Assembly: GCA_030592845.1 (NCBI GenBank)
Contig: JAUVII010000002.1
Coordinates: 581-64,580 of the forward strand
Source of the DNA: Candidatus Krumholzibacteriia bacterium
GTDB lineage: Bacteria; Krumholzibacteriota; Krumholzibacteriia; LZORAL124-64-63
DNA: 64,000 nt
Reading direction: 5' to 3'
Shown: piece after piece, positions 44,526 to 54,128 of the stretch
Position numbering within the stretch: the stretch's first letter is position 1
Layout: the number at the start of each line of letters is the position of its first letter
The notes under the pieces: model-generated
What the model saw: the letters and a program-made list of their open reading frames with translations, nothing else
What the model was told of the DNA's origin: nothing
The model's database searches: none
Made by a program: the position numbers and the translations under genes

Positions 44526-46991
44526 CTATTCCTCCCCGCAAACGGATCCGTCCGTTCTCAGGTCACCCGACCGGATGGTCAAGCTGAACGACCGGTAAAC
44601 CACATCGCCGTTCACGGGTGTATAGACTGTTCCGGAGATCACGCTCTCCATCTGGGCACCTGAGTTCGAGAGCACCTGAAGGACAGACGGGGAATCTTCG
44701 TCATTGATCGCAAACCAGCCGCGCTCACCTATCTGCCATCCGAAATGACAGCCCCAGGAGCCGGTAAGGCCAGGTATTGGGCCAACCTCCTCGAAGATCT
44801 GGACCGTGCCCAGCCCGTCGGCGTCCGGATCAATCTGGCCGAAAGTCATCGTGAAGGGACCGGTCTGGGTCCCAAAGAGATGGGCCGCGAAATCACCGCT
44901 CCAGGTGCCGTCACCCACGATGGTAAGGGACCAGGAACAGGAACAGGTGCCGGTTTCGACATGGGCCTGGCCGGAGATTTCAGGATCTTCCTGGCTGGTG
45001 GCCACGACCAGGACCTCTGCGGAGCCACCACTGGTCGGGGCTTTGAATACTCCGGTCGTCTGGTTGATGGTGCCGACCACAACACCACCGGTCGTGACCG
45101 GTGCCAGGGACCAGGTGACTGCCGTATTGTCCAACCCTTGGACATCGGCAGTGAAGCTCTCGGTTTTCCCGTTGGCCACGCAGATACCATCGGGGCTGAC
45201 GATGATCGTTGCCTTCTCGTGCTTGACCGTCACGATGTCCAGGCGGGGAGGATCACCGGCGGCGCGCAGGCCCTGCCGGCTCATGCTTTCCACAACCACC
45301 AGGAACGGGTACTTTTTTTCGTCCGTTGGAGTCAACAGCGGGCGAGTTCCCGGCTCGTTGGTTGCGTTGCCCATGCCGTCGTTCCAACTGCCCTCTTCGG
45401 GGCGCCAGTCCAATATTTCCAGTTCGGCGTACTGGAGGGTGGTGGTGATATTGACGACTTCCCCCGGCTTTTTCACGAAGACAACGCTGGGCACCGCCGT
45501 CACCTTTATCGCCTTGGTTTCAATGGGCAGATCGGCCGAGATGGTCTGGAATCCGAACTGCTCCGAAACGGCGCGAACCCTGATGATATCCGGGCCCACC
45601 TGGGCCGGACGGATTTCGCGCCACTTGGTGTCCACCGTTACCCTGCCGATCACGGCTTCCCCCCGGCTATAGGGAAGGTCGGTGATATCGACACGCCAAC
45701 GCTGGGAACAAAACTCCACCAAACCGCTGGGTTGGCCGTCCAGAAAAAATCCCACACTCATGCCGACATCGGTCATGGCTGCATCGCGCAAGGTCTCGCT
45801 TCCCTTGATCTTACCCAACTGGGCCGCACCAAGGCCCGCCCCCGCCAATTGCATGATTGCGTCGAAAATGGCCTTGTCGGCAACCCAGCCGTTGGATTTG
45901 GCGATCACGTTGACATCGGACCACCGGGTGAACCCCGGCTCGTCCTCCGACAACTCGGATTTATCGAGGGCGAAGTCCAGACTCACGAAAGCACTGGGGT
46001 AGGTGTTGGCGTAATATTCGCGGGATGTCTGGAAAGCGTAAAGGCCGGCTCCGGCCACCGCGGCCAAACCGCCGAGCCCGGGCACGAAGGCCGCCGCACC
46101 GAGGGCGAGACCCGTGGCGCCGAGAATCTGGGCCGGGGCCCCGTTGGGATCAGTCGCGATCTTGGCCTCGAAGGCCGTTTGCATCGCATCGGAAAGTTGC
46201 GGGGCCGTCGAGACGGTCGGCCCCATGTTGACGCAGCCATCCTTGGCCGAACCATCTCCATACCAGGTGAAGGCCGAAGTTTCGGCCCCGGTCAAATGGT
46301 CGATGTCCGCCTGCACCACCGAGTCCACCGGTGCGTAGCCGAATATGCGATCGAGCAGATCCTTGGCTTCGGCATCCAGGTAAGGCGAGGATCCGTCGGC
46401 AATCCGCGCCAGGCAATTCGGATTGTTCGAGTCGTCCACAAAAGACTGGGCGAACTTGAACGGCAGCAGGCGAGTCTCGACATCCTCAAAATCCAGGGCA
46501 GCCAGAGCCGCGAACGAACTGCCTTCAAGCACCGCGCGCTGGTCGATGTGCTCCCGCAGGACCGACACATAACGCGCGAAACTGCCAGGTGCGGCCGGAA
46601 GGGCTCCCAGGTCGAGATCCAACACCGGGCTGCGCGTTTCACCCGCGGCGATCAGCAAGCTGACCGGACCGCCTTCATTCGGAAGACCCGGATGAAATGG
46701 CGCCATGAACCACGGCAAACCTTCGGCCGGAATCTCCAATGGCAGCGTGAACAGATCAAGCCCCTCCTTATCCAGAAAAACGACTTCGTACGAGGTAGCG
46801 GCTTTCGCTGCGGGAATACCGCTGACGGAGATCCTGGCCATCGGCAGGCTGCTTTTGGTTGCCAGTGCAGCGTTATCCAGATCAGTGGTCTGACCTGGTG
46901 GTGTAGCAACGTCGTCACCTCCCCCGCATCCGAGAAAAAGGGCCGAAAACAATAACAACAGCAATAGGACCGGGTGTTTTAGATGGCGCAC
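44526..46991 (-). CDS. Large lipoprotein, function unknown (Big_2-like Ig domain near the C-terminus)
   Basis: Lipobox LFLGC. GTG start follows AGGAG. The Ig-like segment is SFTADVQGLDNTAVTWSL...VFKAP. Gly/Ala-rich hydrophobic segments are present. Confidence 0.7.
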   Translation of the reverse strand: MRHLKHPVLLLLLLFSALFLGCGGGDDVATPPGQTTDLDNAALATKSSLPMARISVSGIPAAKAATSYEVVFLDKEGLDLFTLPLEIPAEGLPWFMAPFHPGLPNEGGPVSLLIAAGETRSPVLDLDLGALPAAPGSFARYVSVLREHIDQRAVLEGSSFAALAALDFEDVETRLLPFKFAQSFVDDSNNPNCLARIADGSSPYLDAEAKDLLDRIFGYAPVDSVVQADIDHLTGAETSAFTWYGDGSAKDGCVNMGPTVSTAPQLSDAMQTAFEAKIATDPNGAPAQILGATGLALGAAAFVPGLGGLAAVAGAGLYAFQTSREYYANTYPSAFVSLDFALDKSELSEDEPGFTRWSDVNVIAKSNGWVADKAIFDAIMQLAGAGLGAAQLGKIKGSETLRDAAMTDVGMSVGFFLDGQPSGLVEFCSQRWRVDITDLPYSRGEAVIGRVTVDTKWREIRPAQVGPDIIRVRAVSEQFGFQTISADLPIETKAIKVTAVPSVVFVKKPGEVVNITTTLQYAELEILDWRPEEGSWNDGMGNATNEPGTRPLLTPTDEKKYPFLVVVESMSRQGLRAAGDPPRLDIVTVKHEKATIIVSPDGICVANGKTESFTADVQGLDNTAVTWSLAPVTTGGVVVGTINQTTGVFKAPTSGGSAEVLVVATSQEDPEISGQAHVETGTCSCSWSLTIVGDGTWSGDFAAHLFGTQTGPFTMTFGQIDPDADGLGTVQIFEEVGPIPGLTGSWGCHFGWQIGERGWFAINDEDSPSVLQVLSNSGAQMESVISGTVYTPVNGDVVYRSFSLTIRSGDLRTDGSVCGEE

Positions 46992-47317
46992 GGTTGGATC
47001 TCCTGGAGTGATCGGGGGGAAATTAGGCCTCTACGTATTTGTAAAAACGGATTTATGTATGGGAACCGGACAGATGTTCTCCAAAATAATCATGATGATG
47101 AAGTTTTGATCATTTGGAAAAAGAGCCAGGGTCCCATCCTGAATGATTCTCGCCCAAGACCATTCAATCCGGAAACCCTGGCTCATTTCGAAACATGACA
47201 GCGATATCCCAATTCCCGCAAATTCCCCACCGGCATGATGCCTGACCCTGCGATTTTTGGAATTTACTGCGACACACTTAATAAGAATCATTAAGATTAT
47301 GATAGAATGTTATCGCG

Positions 47318-47347
47318 TTGACAATGCAGGTAATTTAATCATATAAT
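47318..47347 (+). promoter_or_regulatory. Consensus sigma70-type promoter upstream of the PAS-LuxR gene
   Basis: TTGACA (47318-23), 18-nt spacer, TATAAT (47342-47). Both hexamers are perfect. It lies ~85 nt upstream of ATG 47434 in an AT-rich spacer. Confidence 0.55.
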
Positions 47348-47433
47348 GCCTAAGTTTACAGGCATAAACTATATGTTTTTGACACGCAATTTCATTTAGT
47401 TTTTACCTGGTGTTCGCTCCGGGAGGATTAGTG

Positions 47434-48249
47434 ATGGAACCAACTGGAAATCTCGAGCGCATTCTGGACAACCTGGAAGTTGGGGTTTCCATAACAACTT
47501 GGCACCCTGAAGACCCTGTCAAAGCGGAATATATCTTCGTCAATGACACCCGCTGCCGAATATCTGGGCAGTCCAGGGAGGAAATCATCAAACATCCTCC
47601 CATTCAAAATTTTACCCGCGAAACCAGGGTCCTGGCAGAGAAGTTGTTCTCAGGGCTCCGCGAACACGGACACTTCACCTTCGAAACGATCCTGATGCAC
47701 CGTTCAAACGAGGCCATTCCCGTACTGTTGCATATGAAACTGATCCAGATGGATGGAAAAACCGTTGTGATGAATGAACTTCACGATATCCGTCACTTCA
47801 AGGAGACGGAGTCGCTTCTGAAACTGTCGCGGGAAAGCATGAGCGAGATGTTGACCATGATCGACAAGGAGAAACAAAAGATCTCCGAGAACATCAAAAG
47901 TAATATGGGGCTGGTCCTCTACCCCCTGATCGACCAGATGCGGATCACCGCGACCGGCGCCCAAAAGGAAGTCCTGGATATCATGGTAAACAGGATCGGG
48001 CACATTGCCAGAGAGATGGGTGTCGTTGATCCGATCAATTCGTTCGGGTTGAACCTGACCAGGCGTCAGATCCTGATCTGCGAAATGATCCGTGACGGAA
48101 TGACGAGCAAGGAAATCGCCCGGGCGTTGGATTGTTCACCGAGCACGATCAATAATCACCGCAATATCATCCGCAGAAAACTGAAAATATCGGGGAGCGC
48201 GACGAACCTGCAGGCCTTCCTGAACAGTCCGGTCGGCAGGCAGACCTGA
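47434..48249 (+). CDS. PAS-domain LuxR-family transcriptional regulator
   Basis: The C-terminal HTH LTRRQILICEMIRDGMTSKEIARALDCSPSTINNHRNIIRRKL is the LuxR/FixJ type. The N-terminal ~110 aa are PAS-like. GGGAGGA sits 6 nt before the ATG. Confidence 0.8.
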   Translation: MEPTGNLERILDNLEVGVSITTWHPEDPVKAEYIFVNDTRCRISGQSREEIIKHPPIQNFTRETRVLAEKLFSGLREHGHFTFETILMHRSNEAIPVLLHMKLIQMDGKTVVMNELHDIRHFKETESLLKLSRESMSEMLTMIDKEKQKISENIKSNMGLVLYPLIDQMRITATGAQKEVLDIMVNRIGHIAREMGVVDPINSFGLNLTRRQILICEMIRDGMTSKEIARALDCSPSTINNHRNIIRRKLKISGSATNLQAFLNSPVGRQT

Positions 48250-48362
48250 GGGTTGGTTTGGGATTGCGGGAATTTGACGATAAGGTTGTGGCTCTGAAAA
48301 TGTGTCCGGATTTGGTGGAGGGGCGTAGATGCTGTTTTATCCAGCGAATATGACAGTTTGTC

Positions 48363-48394
48363 AAAAAGAGGTGCCCCCGGGGGCACCTCTTTTT
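48363..48394. terminator. Perfect 32-nt palindromic bidirectional terminator
   Basis: AAAAAGAGGTGCCCCC/GGGGGCACCTCTTTTT: a GC stem flanked by A5 and T5. Confidence 0.75.
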
Positions 48395-48550
48395 GATGTC
48401 TAAGCTGTTCCTACTGCCAGACACAATTTCGGAGGCACAACCAATGATATTGGTGACCGGCTGCAGAAAAACCTCCCCACTGTCCTAAACAAGCCCAACA
48501 TGCTACCCTGATTTCCCCCAACACTACGACTCACCCCGAAAGGCCTCCTT

Positions 48551-49702
48551 TTGCAAACCCCATTGATCGCCCCCGACCAGAGCTGGGCCATATGGGCCGT
48601 CCTGCTGGGCGCAGCGGCCTTCGGTTTCAAGGCCGAAAACACCAAGGTCGGCCGCAAGCTTTCGGGAGCCATCCTGACCATGGGTTTTACCTTCACGCTT
48701 TCGAACCTGGGCGTGATCCCCGCCGACAAAGTTCCGGCCTACGACGTGGTCTGGGGTTATCTGGTCCCGCTGGCCATCCCATTGCTCCTGTTCCGGGCCG
48801 ACCTACGCCGTATCCTGCGCGAAGCGGGCCCCACCCTGCTGGCCTTCGTGATCGGCGGCATCGGGACAATCATCGGCACAATCGTGGCGTTCAACGTGGT
48901 ACCCCTGGGCGAAGAGGGCTGGAAACTGGCAAGTATCTTTTCGGCCACCTATATCGGGGGATCGATGAACTACGCCGCGGCCGCCGAGGCGGTGGGACTA
49001 AGGTCGGGAGATCTGTTGAGCGCCGGCGTGGCCGCCGACAACCTGGTGATGGCCCTGTATTTCCTGGTCCTGTTCGCGCTGCCGTCGGTAACCTGGCTGC
49101 GCTCCCGCTATGTGAAGCGCCACACCGCCGTCGCCGAGGGATCCACCGAGTTGGAGACCAGCCGGCAAACAGCGGCCACCCTGCCTGATGTCCAGGGCGC
49201 CTCCCTGTCGCTGGCCATCGCCCTGGGCCTGTGCGCGGTCGGCTTCGGCCTGGCTTCGCTGACCGGCTGGCGGGGCGCCGGTATCCTGGTGGTTACCGCC
49301 CTGACCGTGGCCCTGGCCACATCCTTTCCCGGACCCTTCCGGAAACTGGCCGGAGCCGAAGTTCTCGGAACGTTCCTGATGCAGATCTTCTTCGCCGTAA
49401 TCGGCGCCAGCGCCAACGTCTTCGTGGTGATGAAAGTCGGCCCGGTGCTGTTCGTGTTCGCCGCCCTGATCCTGACCATCCACCTGATCTTTTTGCTGCT
49501 GGCGGGCTGGCTTTTGAAACTCGATCTGTCCGAGATGATCATCGCTTCGAACGCCAACATGGGCGGCCCTACCACCGCCGCGGCCATGGCGGTGGCCCGG
49601 CGCTGGGAAACTCTGGTTCTTCCGGCTATCCTGTGCGGTACTCTTGGATACGCCGTGGCCACCTTCATCGGGGTGGCGCTTGGTCATTGGCTGCGGCCGT
49701 AA
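48551..49702 (+). CDS. DUF819-family membrane protein
   Basis: Multi-TM protein. The N-terminal block WAIWAVLLGAAAFGFKAE...GRKLSGAILTM and overall architecture resemble DUF819. TTG start is uncertain. Confidence 0.7.
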   Translation: MQTPLIAPDQSWAIWAVLLGAAAFGFKAENTKVGRKLSGAILTMGFTFTLSNLGVIPADKVPAYDVVWGYLVPLAIPLLLFRADLRRILREAGPTLLAFVIGGIGTIIGTIVAFNVVPLGEEGWKLASIFSATYIGGSMNYAAAAEAVGLRSGDLLSAGVAADNLVMALYFLVLFALPSVTWLRSRYVKRHTAVAEGSTELETSRQTAATLPDVQGASLSLAIALGLCAVGFGLASLTGWRGAGILVVTALTVALATSFPGPFRKLAGAEVLGTFLMQIFFAVIGASANVFVVMKVGPVLFVFAALILTIHLIFLLLAGWLLKLDLSEMIIASNANMGGPTTAAAMAVARRWETLVLPAILCGTLGYAVATFIGVALGHWLRP

Positions 49703-49750
49703 GTTTCCGACCAGTCCGCAGGCCTTGTGATTTGGCGGGACAAACAACAG

Positions 49751-49788
49751 GGAAACCCGGCGAAACAGTCGCCGGGTTTCCTCTTTTC
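49751..49788 (+). terminator. Rho-independent terminator after the DUF819 gene
   Basis: GGAAACCCGGCG, loop AAACAGT, CGCCGGGTTTCC (12-bp stem), then TCTTTTC. Confidence 0.7.
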
Positions 49789-49805
49789 AATCTATCGGAC
49801 CTTCG

Positions 49806-51089
49806 TCACTCACCATCCAGGCATTTGTATTGGGCGCGGAATTTGTCCGCCCCGTTTTCCCCGATCATGAACTGGATATGTTCGCGTTGGGGAGAACCGC
49901 CCTCGAAGGTGATTTTCTTGTCCAGGGCCCGCACCCGGGCACCCGCCATATCTATGAACCCGTGCTGATTACCGTTCACGTCCGCGCTGAACGGAGGTCC
50001 CACGGCCTGGCCTGTGGAAGGATCGACGGGCACCGCCGTCAACGTCCCTCCGTAGCCCGCCTCATAGGAATACTGGCCGTATTCATCCACCATTGCGGAG
50101 GTGTGGAAATGCACGGGACCTTCGATCCAGAGGAAATCGTAGGGACCATCGCTGCAGTAGGGCCGGGGCACGAACTGCCCGAATTCAATGGTCGTCGTGG
50201 AACTGGTTTCATCCATGATCACGGCGGCCGGACCGGCCAGATGGATGACCATGGCCACACCGTCGTTGGGAATTCCCACCGGATCTTCCACCGGAGGCGG
50301 CGGTCCGCCGATCATGGCCAACAATTCCGGCGGCAGTCCGTTATAGACAGCGGGAATAATGTACCGGAAAGTCGGCGCGGTGGTGATCTGGCCGCTCGGC
50401 ATCAGGTCGGTCGCAGGATTGAGCAAGCCGGTGCGCATCATGTCACCGACCACCATGTCCTTCGCCGCGTTCCAACTGAGCACCTGGTGATCGGTGGTGC
50501 CGGGAATCAGAACTTCAAAATGCGCAGCACCAATGGTAATGGGAGAACCGTCGTCCCCCACCGCCCCGGTCCGGAAGAGGCGCAAATGGAACCGGACAGG
50601 AGAATAGTCACCAAGGGTGAGTTGGATGACCGATCCCCGCCAGGCGCCTTCGGTGGCGTAGTTCGACTGCACGCCGCCGCCGAGAGCATCTTTCCAGACC
50701 TGATTGAACGGGTAGGCATCCGGCAGGCCCAGAACCGAGCGGTCCCCATCCAGTCCGAGAAGAGCCGCGCGGATCTGAACCGGATCGGCATGCCCGGTGA
50801 AGATGAGATTGACCGGGTCCATGGGCACCCCGTCCAGTTTGGCGCCGGTGTAGGGCCAGCAGGTCAGGATGCGGCCAAAGCAATCGATGTCCACCAGGTC
50901 TGCGGGAATAATGCTCCCGTCCTGGACTTCGGTCTCAACACCCTTTTTATCCATGCCGATGAACTGGTCGGCCTGAGTCGTGGACTCGGGTTCGAGCGGA
51001 GTCTCCTGGGAACATCCGAAAAGGAACAGCAGTCCACCCAGAATCAGGATCGGCATCAGGATACTCGGGAATTTTCGGAAATTTTTCAT
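49806..51089 (-). CDS. Lipoprotein, function unknown (possible LssY-C-like N-terminal domain)
   Basis: Lipobox LFLFGC. AGGGGGA precedes the ATG. DPVNLIFTGHADPVQIRAAL is reminiscent of the LssY_C family (weak call). Confidence 0.6.
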   Translation of the reverse strand: MKNFRKFPSILMPILILGGLLFLFGCSQETPLEPESTTQADQFIGMDKKGVETEVQDGSIIPADLVDIDCFGRILTCWPYTGAKLDGVPMDPVNLIFTGHADPVQIRAALLGLDGDRSVLGLPDAYPFNQVWKDALGGGVQSNYATEGAWRGSVIQLTLGDYSPVRFHLRLFRTGAVGDDGSPITIGAAHFEVLIPGTTDHQVLSWNAAKDMVVGDMMRTGLLNPATDLMPSGQITTAPTFRYIIPAVYNGLPPELLAMIGGPPPPVEDPVGIPNDGVAMVIHLAGPAAVIMDETSSTTTIEFGQFVPRPYCSDGPYDFLWIEGPVHFHTSAMVDEYGQYSYEAGYGGTLTAVPVDPSTGQAVGPPFSADVNGNQHGFIDMAGARVRALDKKITFEGGSPQREHIQFMIGENGADKFRAQYKCLDGE

Positions 51090-51307
51090 GTTTTTGTCCC
51101 CCTAAAAGTTGAGCGCGCGAAAACCCGCGGATTGCGGATACATCGCGGCACTGCCGGAATTAAAATGGATTGTTGGAATATGGCTGAGATGACGGGGATT
51201 CCCCCTTCCCGGGCAAGTTGAGTCATTGTAACAGGTTCTTGAAAAAACACAATCATATTTTTGGCAGCTCTGCCCCCAGGGGACAACCCGATCAAGACCC
51301 ACCTGAT

Positions 51308-52879
51308 TTACGGAAATGTGCGATAAATCCGAATTGTTTCATCCCTGAACCGGATTGGAATGGTTTGGACAAGCGTATACGTCCTGAGAAAATCAGGGTT
51401 GGCGAACATCTCCGCATCGGGGATCCGGATGAATTCATCGTTTCCCGAAGAAACCAGGACCACTATATCAGGGTGTTTTCCCAATACATGATCAGAGTCG
51501 CTTTTAAAATGCTGCCGGCCGGTCAGGTGTGAAATATGCGGGTCGATGAGGCCGAACATGTCGACCACGGGCCGTTCACTGAGGTACCCCACCAAGCCGA
51601 TATCGCAAAGGGCTACAGATGAACCGGGCGGAGTGTTGTCAACAATCCACTCGGCCGTCTGCCGGTAACCGTCGGTGAGATAGGTTCCGTTTTTCACGAA
51701 AGGAAGGACCGCTTTCCCGGTCGCCCGTTCAACTTTGTAGACATTCACATATCCCATGGCCATCGTTCCGACCATGACAATGATCAGCGGCCATTTCAGG
51801 GCCCGGTTTTGTGATCCTGAGGCCTGCCGGGTCAATTGAAGAATGATGCCGAGGCCGGCTGCGCAACCCGCCGCCAACACCGGCAGAACCGGGACGTAGA
51901 ACCGGTAGAAATGCATCCAATCCCCACCCGCGGCGATCACCACTCCGGCTTGGACGATCACGATGACGGCGGAAAACAGGAAGGCCAGGGAGAGTTTCCG
52001 GTTGAACAGGTTGGCCAGGAACAGGCCGACAAGGATCGCCCCTCCGTTTTCCCGCAGAAAATCGAGGGAGTAATGGACGCCTTCAACGAAGGCCCTGCTC
52101 TCGCCGGTCATCTTGGCGTAAAAGGTATTCGGCAGGGGGTCGCCGTAATAGGCCCATTTCCAGGCAAACATGGATGTGACAACCACGAGAAGCGCGGCAA
52201 ACTCGATCCACATCAAGGCGGATGACGGCTTCGTCTCAAGGGGACCCTCACCTGTTGATTCAGGGGAAGGGACCTTGCTTATCCATGTACCGGCATGGCG
52301 CCAGATCAGGAACAGCAATGCGAAAACCACACCTTCAGGACGCATGAAAACAAGCAGGGCAAGGATCAACAGAAATATTCCGCTGCTGCCCGAAGTCGGT
52401 CTTTTTGTGGACGTGACAAATCCCGCCATGATCAGGGCCGCAAACGGCACGGTTTCCAGCCCGGTGGTGGAGTGGCGGGGCAGCATGGGATTGAGCGCGA
52501 GAAAAAGAGGGGCGGCCAGGGCGGACAATCCCGCCCCGGGCCACAGGATTCTGGCGGCCTTCCATGAGAGCACCAGGGCCGCCAACCCCGCCAGAAGCGC
52601 GGTAATCCGCAATACCAGCAAAGGGGCCAAATTCAGTTTAAGGGCAAGGCCGGCATAAAGAACCCAGGCCAGATTTGAATATCCTTCGACCCGTTCCCCG
52701 GGGTTGAACACAAGGCCGGAACCATTCACCAGATTTTGCGCGTAGCGCATGGAAATGAAGGCGTCGTCCTCAATCCACTCCCAATAGTAGAGGGCATGGG
52801 CCAGGTAAATCAGGCAGATGGCCCCCAGAAGAACCAGGGTTCTTCCGGTCAGGCTCATTGAAGGTTTTTCTCCCGGCAT
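51308..52879 (-). CDS. GT-C fold polytopic membrane glycosyltransferase candidate
   Basis: The first-loop motif EDDAFISMRYAQNLVNGSGLVFNPGERVEGYSN is typical of GT-C/arabinofuranosyltransferase-like proteins. More than 10 TM helices. Start is 52879 or 52858. Confidence 0.6.
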   Translation of the reverse strand: MPGEKPSMSLTGRTLVLLGAICLIYLAHALYYWEWIEDDAFISMRYAQNLVNGSGLVFNPGERVEGYSNLAWVLYAGLALKLNLAPLLVLRITALLAGLAALVLSWKAARILWPGAGLSALAAPLFLALNPMLPRHSTTGLETVPFAALIMAGFVTSTKRPTSGSSGIFLLILALLVFMRPEGVVFALLFLIWRHAGTWISKVPSPESTGEGPLETKPSSALMWIEFAALLVVVTSMFAWKWAYYGDPLPNTFYAKMTGESRAFVEGVHYSLDFLRENGGAILVGLFLANLFNRKLSLAFLFSAVIVIVQAGVVIAAGGDWMHFYRFYVPVLPVLAAGCAAGLGIILQLTRQASGSQNRALKWPLIIVMVGTMAMGYVNVYKVERATGKAVLPFVKNGTYLTDGYRQTAEWIVDNTPPGSSVALCDIGLVGYLSERPVVDMFGLIDPHISHLTGRQHFKSDSDHVLGKHPDIVVLVSSGNDEFIRIPDAEMFANPDFLRTYTLVQTIPIRFRDETIRIYRTFP

Positions 52880-52980
52880 TGTCCGACCATCCCTGGATAA
52901 ACTCTCTGGTTGCTCTTCGGCTCCTCCTTTATACTCGGTTTTTTCCAGAAGTGTCCACCGCTTTGGGAGGGTCCGGTCCA

Positions 52981-54093
52981 TTGAATTCCCTGCGCAAAAA
53001 ACTTCTCCTCGCGGCCGGAGCGATGGTGGTCGCTCTTGTCATCGGGGAATGCGGCTCCCGGATCGTTCTCCCCCTCCTGCCCGATCCGCCCGGTACCGGT
53101 TGGCTGGGTGACCCGGTATGCGGCTACCGGCTGCGCCCGGTCGAACCCGGTGATGTCCCGGAAGACGCCGACTCCCACATCAATACCCTGGGTTTCCGGG
53201 ACCGGAATCATACCCCCACTCCCTCCGGGGATGTTTTTCGTGTTTTGGCCCTGGGTGATTCGTTCGTTTACGGAGTCGTACCGGTTTCCGATAATTTTTT
53301 ACGAATCGTGGAAACCCGGTTGGGCCAAAGCGGAACGCCTGCTGAAGTGATAATGGCGGGGATCCCTGGATGGCACGGTGGCAACCAGGCGGCATGGCTG
53401 GAGGACCGGGGTCTGGCCATGGAGCCCGATCTGGTCATCATTAATTTTTTCGTGGGAAACGACGTGACCGGTTTGACCATTGGCGGCCGGGTCATCAGGG
53501 GAATTCTCTATCCGACCACCAGTCCCCGGCCGGTAAAAAATTTCCTGCGCAAATCCACCCTGTTTCTTCTTTTTGAAACCCAGGTTCTGGGGCCCCTCCG
53601 CTATTATGGCAAACAGGGCCCGGACTGGGTCATTCCACCGGATAACGAACCGGTCAATGAGCACTATCTCTACATGCTTTCCCAGAATCTGCCGGTTTAT
53701 CTCCGAAATCCCGGGAGCGACACCTCTGAACTGTGGGACCAGGCGGAAGACCACTTGAAACGAATCGACAGTATGTGCCTGAATGCCGGAATACCGTGGC
53801 TGCTGGTGTTGATTCCCGGCGAAGTGCAGGTGGATCCGGAAATCCGTTCCCAGGTCCTGGAGGGGTTGAACCGGGTTCCTGAGGATTACGATTTTGACGT
53901 GCCCCAACGCCGGTTGAAGGAATTTGCCCGGACCCGTCAGATCCCTGTGATCGATCTGTTGCCCGCCCTGCGGGAAGCTCACCAGGCCGAAGGACGGCAA
54001 TACGTTCCCAACGATACTCATTGGAACACCCGAGGCAACGCGACGACAGGAAGAGCGATGGCCGAAGAGATCATCAACGGGTTTTCAAGATAG
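52981..54093 (+). CDS. SGNH/GDSL-like hydrolase with N-terminal membrane anchor
   Basis: LALGDSFVYG (GDS block), IINFFVGND, and C-terminal NDTHWN. A TTG 52981 start (8 nt after GGGAGGG) is preferred over the track start 52858, which would overlap the divergent gene. Confidence 0.6.
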   Translation: MNSLRKKLLLAAGAMVVALVIGECGSRIVLPLLPDPPGTGWLGDPVCGYRLRPVEPGDVPEDADSHINTLGFRDRNHTPTPSGDVFRVLALGDSFVYGVVPVSDNFLRIVETRLGQSGTPAEVIMAGIPGWHGGNQAAWLEDRGLAMEPDLVIINFFVGNDVTGLTIGGRVIRGILYPTTSPRPVKNFLRKSTLFLLFETQVLGPLRYYGKQGPDWVIPPDNEPVNEHYLYMLSQNLPVYLRNPGSDTSELWDQAEDHLKRIDSMCLNAGIPWLLVLIPGEVQVDPEIRSQVLEGLNRVPEDYDFDVPQRRLKEFARTRQIPVIDLLPALREAHQAEGRQYVPNDTHWNTRGNATTGRAMAEEIINGFSR

Positions 54094-54128
54094 GCGACAA
54101 CACCGTTACTTTCCTGAAAGTTGACATC

